A stretch of 64,000 nucleotides of DNA. Source: Balanoglossus misakiensis. Lineage: Eukaryota > Animalia > Hemichordata. Position 1 is the stretch's first letter. Each line of letters begins with the position of its first letter. The notes under the pieces are model-generated. The model made no database searches. It was not told the DNA's origin and saw nothing but the letters and a program-made list of their open reading frames with translations. The stretch lies in contig CM082585.2 in the NCBI GenBank assembly GCA_040954595.2, forward strand, positions 6,721,808 through 6,785,807, in the 5' to 3' direction. Positions 54,201 to 64,000 of this stretch are shown in pieces. Made by a program: the position numbers and the translations under genes.

Positions 54201-57200
54201 TTACCTTGCGCTTTTCATAGCCGTCGGCCATTTTTGTCTTTCGTGGAATATTACCGGGGTACACTTTTTACCAGTAAGGGTTGTTATTTAGGTTAGAATC
54301 AAGAAGTGTCTCCATCTTAAATGTCAAATTAATATAGAAAGTCAGTTACGCACGCTGTTCACACACAGAATGGCATCGCAGGTTGTCACAGTTATCGATA
54401 TTCGAAAGCTTTGATGGGCGCGTTGCATAGTCCGTCTTTGCACCTTGTAAAGTGCATGTATGTCGCGTCGATTTTTGTCCTTATGAAAGAGTACATCCCG
54501 TTGTCTGACTTATGAAAATCTGGCAGCTTGATGGAAATAGCACAGTTTCAGTTTTTTCCCCGTACACCGCCGTTACACACGTCATATTCGCTTTCAAAAT
54601 GTGCTGGAGGAAGCTGTAGAAAGTGCCTTGATCTGGCGCGATTTTCTGCCCGCCTCTTCATCACACCTTTAACGATCTTCGACGTCATTGAAAGTAGACT
54701 AGAAACGCCGGCTATTGAGGTGAACGGCACGCAGGCTCCTCGCATGCAGTCTTTTAATCCGTTTTTTATTTCCAGTTGAGAGGATTTCTTGTCTCGGAGG
54801 CAATTGTCCACGAGGGAGAATGAAATCGTGTTGTCTTCAAAGAAACGGAAAGCGATTAAAAGGTTTCCCGTGCCTAATGATGGCCGGCTATTGTTACCTC
54901 CAGTAAACCGTTTGTGTGGAAAATGTCGGCAACGCGCACAATGCCTCGGCTTTGCCGCTGTCAACCCGGCTCAACAAATTTAGAAAAAAAAGTCCCTTTC
55001 TCCGTTTTGTTGACTTAAATAGCAGTTTCGCAGAAAGTTATTACATGTAAGGCAATACCGAAGGTTTCAAATTTTTACCTTTGTAAGTGTGGTTTTTCGA
55101 TTTTGTTTGTATCGGAAAAAATATAGGAATGTAAAAATCGAAAAAGGCGAAGGAGGATTTCGCGTCTTTAGCCATAGATATCACATGCATGCGTGTGAAG
55201 ATGTTAAAACGTCCCAGCTGCACCAAATGTGGACCAAGTTTCAAATTTGCGGAAATTTTGAAATTTAATAACGGGATACGTGTCTGAGGCTTCGAATAGA
55301 CCTTACATTTAGGGAGTAAGTGGCAAAGGTAATAAGCTGCCTGTCAGAAGATTGTAGGTTCGAGATCCAGACATTGTCGCGATGTTGAGCCCTTTGGGCA
55401 AGGCACTTTACTTCTCGGCAGTGCTTTTCTCAATATTTTACTGGCAGTACATGTACACAAAAACACTTTGTAGCTCTTTTGTAAATTGTGTGTAGAATTA
55501 TTTTACGTTGAACTGGTACGCTTTAATTGCACCATTTGTTTTGCAGGTTAGTACTCTATTCTCCCAAGTGTACGACTCGATCTATGTACTTGCCTACGCG
55601 ATGAACAGAACACTCTCCAGTGGAGACTCGTTGACTGGCGAAAATATAGCTCACTCTATGAGAGACCTGACTTTTACGGGGTTGTCCGGGGAAGTCCGGT
55701 TGAATACCGATGGCGAGCGGGTGATGAACTTTGTTCTGCTTGACTATGACGGAGACCTTGATTCTTTCCACGAGGTTTTGAAGTTTAATTCCTCATCCGG
55801 CGAGGAGTACGAAGCTCTTACTGTTGAGGGCGCTGCAATTAATTGGCCGGGTGGTGTTGTGTTGGAACCAGACGCTGAGTGCCTTTTTGTGGACGACAGT
55901 TGTACCGTTAATGGCATAGGTAATAGAAGAAAATGAAGAGTGATTATTTTACTTAATAATGAACACACAACTCTTTCGTTAAGCTCAATGCATCACACGC
56001 TTGTTACTTGCTATTACGATTGCGTCATTTTGTTATAGGTGGGACGCTGTGAAACTGAAAAACAATATGATTATAACCTACATGTACAATCTCAGATCTG
56101 ATATTTCAAATGAAATTTTCCATTGATAGATACGCTGTACATTGCTGGAATCCTGGCTGCAGCTTTGTTTCTTATATGCATATTCATCACTGGTTACTGG
56201 ATAATCAGGTAAATGTCTTCAAACTTCGTCCATAATCAATCACGTTATTCGACTGCATCCAACCTGAGAATTAATTGACGTTACTTTACGTTTTGGTTAT
56301 GGGCTTATCTCGTATGATAAACCCATAACCAAAACGAGCGCAGTCATGATGATGATGATGATGATGATGATTCCATCCACATTTACCATTTAGGCGGTCG
56401 AGTTTGAAACGTGATATGGCGAAAGGACCAAACAAGATTCTGCTTGCATTTGGAGATTTACAATTCGAACCGCCTAACAAGCTCATTTCAGGAAGTCGTA
56501 AGGTATGCTCGACAACATTTGCTTTGTTGTGCTTTCATAATTTGTTCCACGTTAATGTTTGTTAGTTAAGCTATAGCCAAATAATAACGATAACTATGAG
56601 AATGATTACAGAAAACATTTTTTGCAAGAATATGATGATATGTCCCATTAGACATCCACATTTATATGTTTCCTTATGTTTTTAGTTATTAGACCCTGAT
56701 AAACAATCGACTCTTACGATGAATGGAGGTAAGGTTCTGACGTCACCACAGCCATCATCTGAGCATCGTCTGTCTCGAGGCAGTAATGTTTTGGCCGATA
56801 TGACCAACTTGGCTAGATATAATGTAAGGATATTATGTCGTTTAACAAATAGTATATTTTCTTGATATAATGTCATCATGTTTTGATATAATTCATAAAA
56901 AATAGTGTTGAACTGTTGTGTCATATTTTGTAGCATGTCTAACTTTGCTGCAGTAAGTAGAATAAAGACCCGATTATTTCATGCTTGGCGTAAGTACATG
57001 TAGGAGGGAAAGTACACGACCGGGTAAACTCGGAAGACGGCGTGAAATATGACGGGAAGGGGGAAATGGGGAATAAATATTCCAGGAAATTGGAGGCAGA
57101 CAGGAACAGGATGGAATCGATGTTTAGACTTTTGAACAGCAGAGGCTCAGTGGGGGGGGGGGGGGGGTCTTCTTTGTCACATAACAATCCATTCAGTCCA

Positions 57201-60200
57201 TACTGTACTGCTATTGAGAGATCTATAATTTTCTTCTGGATCTCAAGAGCTTTCCAATGGATGTACTTTCTCTAATGAGGTTATCATAACATGGGGTTAG
57301 GGGTGTGCTGTTATTTTTCTTTATATCTGCTTGTACTGTACTTAGTTTATTTTCCTCGTCTACGGTACATTAGCATTTGGACAACATCACTTAAAACTCT
57401 AAAGTGATTGCAATAGCTGCAATGGTACTAGTAATGAAGAATATGTTTTTTCACCCTAATCAGCATGACTGATGATCTCTGGTGTATGTTTCCGTTACAG
57501 GGTGAACACGTTCGAGTGAAAACTTTGAACTGCAGTAATTTCGATGTGAAAAGTTCGACAATTCATATATTGAAACAGGTTAGGTTTTACAATGTACAAG
57601 ACTGACCGCTGTCAAAGATTCTTCATTTGATTCCCTGTAAATGTCAAAAATATATCAAAATTACAAAAGCTGTAACAGTGCAATTTATATCCGGCATATA
57701 TGATGAATAATACTGTGGTAATCTTGATATCTCATTACAAAGTGGTATAATTCCCCTAATTTCTCTCTCGCTTTATAATTGTACGAAACATGAAACCGAA
57801 TCGGCGAACTATCAGTCCATGACGTCTGATCGAAGCTTGAGCGGGGGACAAAGTCTCTGCGTTTGACATTTTTGTGATAGAATACAGGGAATACTTGCAT
57901 AAAGTCACTCTCTGTGATGTTGGTGCATAACCTAAAACGAGTCTGACATTACTCCTTTGCTGTAAGAAAAATGGGAGCATAAACTGTTTTTAGTGAATGG
58001 TCAACCTTGTCTGTCTACAAGCATTGTAGAGATTGAGTGCAGTTCATCAGTAGTTCAGCGTGGCACATTTAAGTATTCTCTAACAGCAGTAACAGCTCTT
58101 GATATCGAACAAAATTCGTGGCAAAAATCTAGAAAAAGAGAGATGCTTTGTTCCTTTAAGAATCACCACACTTTATTTATATTTCAGATACGTGACATAC
58201 GCCACGAAAATGTGAACGCATTTCTGGGGTGCTACATAGAACTAAATAACTGTGCTTTAATCACCGAATACTGTAACAAAGGTAGTCTTCAAGACGTGAT
58301 CAACAGCCAAAATATCAAGCTGGACTGGATGTTCAAATCTTCTCTTCTTCTGGATCTAGTGTCGGTACGCATGACGATTTATATTTATTGGCTCTGGTTT
58401 TACACATTTATTTTCTGATTAAGGGCTAAGACTGTGATGTTAATTTCTAAAAGATTATAATTCTCTGTTCTGTGTCTCCAGCGTTTACAGGCGATAAAAC
58501 TCAACACGATCGATTCGTAATGTGCCAATTCATTAACTTCTGGAATAGTGTGTGTATTCGATAAATATTTACACTGTTCATATTTGAACCTTGTTTACTT
58601 TTTGTTTGTAATGTTATTCTCCTGCCTGTATTTGTCATGATTTCTATCCAGTCGCTCACCACGTGTCAATCACGTCCATTTCCGTGCAGAAGTGACATTT
58701 GATCGCCTTGGCCGAATTCAAGATGTTTTCGATTAAGCAACTTGTCAAAACGATTGAAATTGGCTAAATTTGGTGATAGTGAAAGAACTGGGTACAAACG
58801 CCAATAGCACAGGCGATTTCATTTACTTATATACTGAATTGACTCGTGGTGGAAAGATCATCGCGATGAATTCGCATTGAAATTGAATGCTTTTTATATT
58901 TTCTCCAGTCAAGAGGAAGATATGTTCTCATGATTGAACACATTTTATTGCGTTTATGTTCTGCGTGTCACGTATTAGACACCATTCCACCCTTGTACAC
59001 ACTTTGTGGCCACATACAATGGGTTTAACGACACATATAACGACAACATCACAATAAAAGTGGAATATGAAAAGTATAGAGGTTTTCATCTAGTGTCGTT
59101 AGCGTGAGATGACAGATTCGGTACGTGTATGCACGCATCTATGCGATGTATGGAAAACTGAAAAACTAAAAAAGGAAAGGAAATTAGGGTTGTGTATAAC
59201 TTGTTACAATTTATTCAATATATCTTCACACTTTACAGGGTATGAGATATTTGCACAACAGTCCCCTCAAATACCACGGTCGTCTTAAGTCTCGCAATTG
59301 CGTCATCGATAGTCGATGGGTTCTGAAAATCACTGACTATGGCCTGCCGGCACTCCTTGAAACACAGAGCAACTATCAAGAAGAAGAAAAAACTATTGAA
59401 GGTCAGAAGAGTAGAATAACAAATGGTATTTAGCAGAGTTTGTCGAAATAATTCCATTGCGTGGTCTTGTAGAGAAAAAGGGCAAACAATTGGAGAAACA
59501 AACCTTTGGAACAACAAACAAAATTGGTTTACATGTTATTATTTTGCGATAACTTAAGATGGTCATGGTGACCACAAACTTGTATTCAGTACTGGCTATG
59601 AATAGACCTTTTTACAAACTTTGAGAAAGTCTGAAATAATTATATTGGTTATTACTCCAAACACAGGGTCTCCAGGCTTTAAAACACAACGCACATGAAA
59701 TGGCTTCCAATTTTGTATCAAGAATACCTTTCATATCTTTCAGAATTATTGTGGTCATCGCCAGAATCCTTGCGCGATCCTATGCTAATGAAGAAAGGGT
59801 CACCAAAAGGAGATGTATACAGTTTTGCTATCATTGTTTCTGAACTTCTGACGAGGGGGAAACCCTTTGGTATGCTCAGTCTCACAACAAAAGGTAAACA
59901 TATTAATGCCATTTTGAACGAGAATAAATTATCTAGGCACAATATAATAAACAACATTTCAAATTTGCACGTAAATTTCATAGCAAGGTTATAATATAAT
60001 GCCAGCCAAATGTCATTTGAAATCTAAATGCGGAAGTCACGTCAACTATAAATTCATTGTACGGGACAAACCGGCTTGTCAATTCCAAATCTTGCGGTTT
60101 TTTGATGGCCTGTTGTAAACAATATTCGTGCATTTGTGTAACATTCCCGTGTTTAGCACCACTAAGCTTAGGTACTAAGTTTTACAAATTACATTTCTGA

Positions 60201-60494
60201 TTGAATCGCTTTTTTCTGTATGTAGAAATCATCGCTAAAGTCAGAAAGCCACCGCCACTTTGCAGGCCGTCTGTATCTCAGAATGAGGCACCAAGGGAGG
60301 TTATTGAGATCATGAAACAATGCTGGGCAGAACTAGCTGACATGAGACCAGACTTTGAAACCATCTATCAACTATTTAAAAAACTTAATCAGGGAAGGTG
60401 GGCAATTTTTTTATTCGTGTTTATATGAAAATGTCGATATCTTTATGTGCACAAGTGACCAAGTGTGTGAAATAAGTGATGATTGTGGTGGTGG

Positions 60495-60528
<34 letters not shown>

Positions 60529-62681
60529 ATATAGAAAACAACTCACTGTCTTGGTCAAAGTCAACGTTCATGTCCATTATTTTTTTAACATTGATAGATT
60601 CCATGTTTGCATGGTCTTCTGATAAACATTCATTGATTCATGTCTTGCAGAAAAACCAATATTGTTGATTCCATGTTCAAAATGTTGGAGAAATATTCAA
60701 ATCACCTTGAAGACCTTATCAGAGATCGAACACAAGAACTAGCAGAGGAAAAGAAAAAAACGGACAAGCTTCTTTACAGAATGTTACCGCCGTAAGTTGC
60801 GTTTTAGCGTCAAGGGAAGGGTTGGGGTCATTATCAGGAATGTTCCATTGCAATAAAAGTAAACACAGCCTTTTTCATGAAGAATGTTATGGTAATATGC
60901 AATTCCTATATATGCTGGTCGTTCACGCTTTCCTTTTGTAATCGCCGTCGGCACTACATGTATATGATGTAATGTCACAGCAGAAGCTGCCTCGTCTGCA
61001 TAAGCTTGGACATCGAAACTTGAAGTCGTAACAACCGATTGTGCCATCTAAATAGAAACATCTTTGCTCAGTTCAGTATATGCGAAACAATGGTCAAAAG
61101 GCAGAGGGGGCTATCGACAGTCTAACACTATGCCAGAAAAGTTACTTGATATAATTATTTAGTTGCTTTGGTCATTTGAATAGATTGGCGTCACACGCTG
61201 ATTCGAGTCTAGTGTATTCAGAGGGGTGTGACCTGTTGTTTTAGCCACACGCCTGCGTCCATGGAGAAGAAACTGTACGCATTAAATGTATGTGAGACCC
61301 ATCATAACACAAATACAAACAGCTCTTACAGAGAAGTACTTCACGTTTCAGGTCTGTCGCAGAAAGTTTAAAATTTGGTAAACAGATCGAAGCTGAGAGT
61401 TTTTCCGAGGTCACCATATTTTTTTCTGACATTGTGGGGTTTACAACCATCTCTGCGATGAGTACACCTTTACAAGTTGTCGATTTCCTTAATGATCTGT
61501 ACACCATGTTCGACGACATTCTTTCTGCCTACGACTGCTATAAGGTAGGAGGAGCATTTACTTCATCTTTGAAAAAAATACCTGTTTTTGGTGGTCAATT
61601 TTCTTCAAATGTGCATAAGCCAGCATTGTGTTATGTTGTCTTGTACAGCTAATCCTGTGTTGGAAATTGGTAAATGATAGACCGTCATACCATATCCGGA
61701 TGAAATATTTATCCATCGCAAATATATAGTATTTTTTTCTGATCAAGACGTAAACGCGTATCATTGATACTGTATTTTACCACACAGGTTGAGACAATCG
61801 GTGATGCGTACATGGTGGTCAGTGGACTGCCAATACGTAACGGTAACAGGCACGCTGGTGAGATAGCTACTCTAGCCTTGGATCTACTACATGCCGCTGG
61901 ATTCAAGTTCAAAATTAGGCATATGCCAGAGAAACCTTTAAAACTTAGAATAGGTCTCCATACAGGTACAATGGCGAACTCTCGTGTCATGTTGTGTTGT
62001 GTCATACATGTATATCGTGTCGTGTCGTGTCTTATTTTCTGTCTTCCTTTCTGTCGGGCTGTGCGTCTTCTATCCCTAAAAAAAAACATCCGATCTGGTT
62101 TTACCAAATTTGATGAATAGACATTGTTTTGGATTGGGATGAAAGACTTTGGTTTTAGTTAGATGCTCAATGGAGAGCACAATTAACATATTGACATATA
62201 CACAAATTGACGCACTAAATTGGATGAAAACTTCTACTATAATTAGCCGTATAATGGCTCTGTGGGTGTTATGTCAATTATCTTTCTTATTCAATATTTG
62301 ATGACAAATAATGAGTAATACATATCCGCAAATTTGTTGAAAGTTGCAACAGAAACAGACCTGGCAGCTACATGTACTTAAATGTAATGTGAGACGTTTT
62401 GCATTTTCACACTAAATTATGGGTAATTTTAATGATCTTGCAGATATGTATTAACGCTTTAAATATCAAGACTTTCCACTATGGCTATTATCACTGTACT
62501 GATTCACACTGGCACATATTACAGTCAAATCTCAGACTGAGACATATCTAAATTGGTTCTTTAATTTGTTATATACATGTAGGCCCTTGTGTGGCTGGAG
62601 TGGTGGGTCTCACCATGCCGAGGTTTTGTCTGTTTGGTGACACTGTGAACACGACATCTAGGATGGAGTCCACTGGGCAAG
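30294..62681 (+). CDS. GUCY2D: Receptor (membrane) guanylyl cyclase of the retinal GC type (GUCY2D/GUCY2F-like); 3' end outside the window
   Basis: 15 phase-compatible GT-AG exons: 30294-31014, 53793-54106, 55547-55919 (ANF-receptor-type ectodomain); 56130-56208 (TM); 56394-56502, 56686-56823, 57501-57578, 58188-58364, 59239-59401, 59744-59893, 60226-60397 (kinase-homology domain: [34 protein letters not shown]); 60651-60791 (dimerisation helix); 61352-61544, 61788-61965, 62583-62681 (cyclase: [41 protein letters not shown], with the GTP-specifying E and C). The symbol means 'GUCY2D/2F-like', not proven one-to-one orthology. Confidence 0.93.
40620..41380 (+). mobile_element. Decayed CR1/L2-clade LINE reverse-transcriptase fragment in GC intron 1
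   Basis: Frameshifted remnants read [44 protein letters not shown] and later [12 protein letters not shown]. These match the KAFD/GVPQG/LQKR motifs of non-LTR RT ORF2. Confidence 0.7.
40889..41040. mobile_element. 152-bp MITE with 32-bp TIRs and a 9-bp TSD (Mutator-like by TSD length), nested in the LINE remnant
   Basis: TIR AGGTATGTAAGAGTACTTCGAAGTGCATACTC versus GAGTATGCACTTCGAAGTACTCCTACATACCT (1 mismatch). Direct repeat GTACAGATG at 40880-40888 and 41041-41049. Confidence 0.88.
42649..42707. repeat. Perfect 22-bp inverted repeat with 15-nt loop (hairpin)
   Basis: TATTAGTCACCCCATTGCCTTG (42649-42670) / CAAGGCAATGGGGTGACTAATA (42686-42707). Confidence 0.9.
45469..45653. mobile_element. 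185-bp non-autonomous DNA transposon with TTAA TSD (Kolobok-like termini)
   Basis: ttaa|AGGTATACAGTCACC ... GGTGACCGTATACCT|ttaa: 15-bp TIR with 1 mismatch, TTAA on both sides, RR...YY ends. Confidence 0.8.
55310..55420 (+). mobile_element. Degenerate tRNA-derived SINE
   Basis: A-box-like gtggcaaagg, B-box-like GGTTCGAGATCC, then ccctttgggcaaggcacttta resembling the conserved core of invertebrate SINE2 families. No full cloverleaf. Confidence 0.45.
56346..56371. repeat. (GAT)n microsatellite in a GC intron
   Basis: Direct read. Confidence 0.9.
60495..60528. repeat. (GAT)n microsatellite in a GC intron
   Basis: Direct read. Confidence 0.9.
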
Positions 62682-62944
62682 GTAATTATAACATTGGGGA
62701 TATACGAGTGACACTTTGTGTATCTATAAGAAACTTGATGAACGATTTTGTGACAGATCATGCTGTTCATCTCCGACCAATTATGACGTCGAGTCGTGAC
62801 GTTGAATTGTTAGAATAGGATAAACGTAGCCGCCTCAAGATCAGAAAACATGACAAATTAAATGCAAGTGTATGCACAGTCAAACCTGTCTGTAACAGCC
62901 AGTCAAGGGACTTTCCTAAATTGGCCTTTATAGAAAGGTGGCCT

Positions 62945-64000
62945 TCACAGACAGGCCAGTTACTGAACATGTAAATCGCACGTGAACTGTGGCCGCCACG
63001 GACAGGTCAGTTACTGTACATGTAAATCGCACGTGAACTGTGGCCGCCACGGACAGGCCAGTTACTGAACATGTAAATCGCACATGAACTGTGGCCGCCA
63101 CGGACAGGCCAGTTACTGTACATGTAAATCGCACATGAACCATGAACTGTAACATATTGGCCGCTATAGACAGGTCAGTTACTGTACATGTAAATTACAC
63201 ATGAACTGTGGCCGCTATAGACAGGCCAGTTACTGTACATGTAAATCGCACGTGAACTGTGGCCGCCACGGACAGGCCAGTTACTGTACATGTAAATCGC
63301 ACGTGAACTGTGGCCGCCACGGACAGGCCAGTTACTGAACATGTAAATCGCACGTGAACTGTGGCCGCCACGGACAGGCCAGTTACTGAACATGTAAATC
63401 GCACGTGAACTGTGGCCGCCACGGACAGGCCAGTTACTGTACATGTAAATCGCACATGAACCATGAACTGTAACATATTGGCCGCTATAGACAGGTCAGT
63501 TACTGAACATGTAAATCGCACGTGAACTGTGGCCGCCACGGACAGGCCAGTTACTGAACATGTAAATCGCACGTGAACTGTGGCCGCCACGGACAGGCCA
63601 GTTACTGAACATGTAAATCGCACGTGAACTGTGGCCGCCACGGACAGGCCAGTTACTGAACATGTAAATCGCACGTGAACTGTGGCCGCCACGGACAGGC
63701 CAGTTACTGAACATGTAAATCGCACGTGAACTGTGGCCGCCACGGACAGGCCAGTTACTGTACATGTAAATCGCACGTGAACTGTGGCCGCCACCGACAG
63801 GCCAGTTACTGTACATGTAAATTACACATGAACTGTGGCCGCTATAGACAGGCCAGTTACTGTACATGTAAATCGCACGTGAACTGTGGCCGCCACGGAC
63901 AGGCCAGTTACTGTACATGTAAATCGCACGTGAACTGTGGCCGCCACCGACAGGCCAGTTACTGAACATGTAAATCGCACGTGAACTGTGGCCGCCACGG
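62945..64000. repeat. 51-bp minisatellite array in a GC intron, running off the window
   Basis: Unit GGACAGGCCAGTTACTG(A/T)ACATGTAAATCGCACGTGAACTGTGGCCGCCAC, about 20 copies. A variant unit with an insertion (catgaactgtaacatattggccgctatag) occurs twice. The 17-aa repeats in the ORF track reflect the 51-bp period. Confidence 0.97.

Noticed and set aside
54548-54964. 138-aa minus-strand ORF in GC intron 2
   Set aside because: No recognisable domain or splice support; probably a chance ORF in a repeat-derived, GC-richer patch.
62928-63969. Long repeat ORFs (199 aa, 157 aa and others), and a possible CRISPR-like reading of the array
   Set aside because: They arise from a 51-bp head-to-tail minisatellite. 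There are no unique spacers, no cas genes, and the context is a eukaryotic intron.

Overview
This is eukaryotic, AT-rich, intron-containing genomic DNA. Gene content suggests an invertebrate deuterostome such as a hemichordate, echinoderm or amphioxus (inference only). Most ORFs in the track are noise. Splice sites and phases checked by hand support four + strand genes: (1) the last exon of a GPI-anchored Ly6/three-finger protein (350-597); (2) a two-exon galactose-3-O-sulfotransferase (6237-14665); (3) a five-exon secreted protein made only of three CUB domains (22146-25666); (4) a receptor guanylyl cyclase of the retinal GC (GUCY2D/GUCY2F) type, with 15 exons traced from 30294 to 62681, a 22.8-kb first intron, and a 3' end beyond the window. 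The most unusual region is ~16.0-21.4 kb. It holds a 219-bp dimer, a hierarchical G-rich 125-bp minisatellite and a ~1.1-kb tandem duplication of a spliced minus-strand gene I do not recognise (coiled coil, PPKKKK, helical C-terminus). Between the two copies the intron and 3' flank are ~98-99% identical while the exons differ by ~10-20%, mostly at synonymous sites, with the switch at the splice junctions. Other features include MITEs (one with a 9-bp TSD nested in a decayed LINE, two TTAA-type copies), a SINE remnant, a perfect hairpin, microsatellites and a 51-bp minisatellite.
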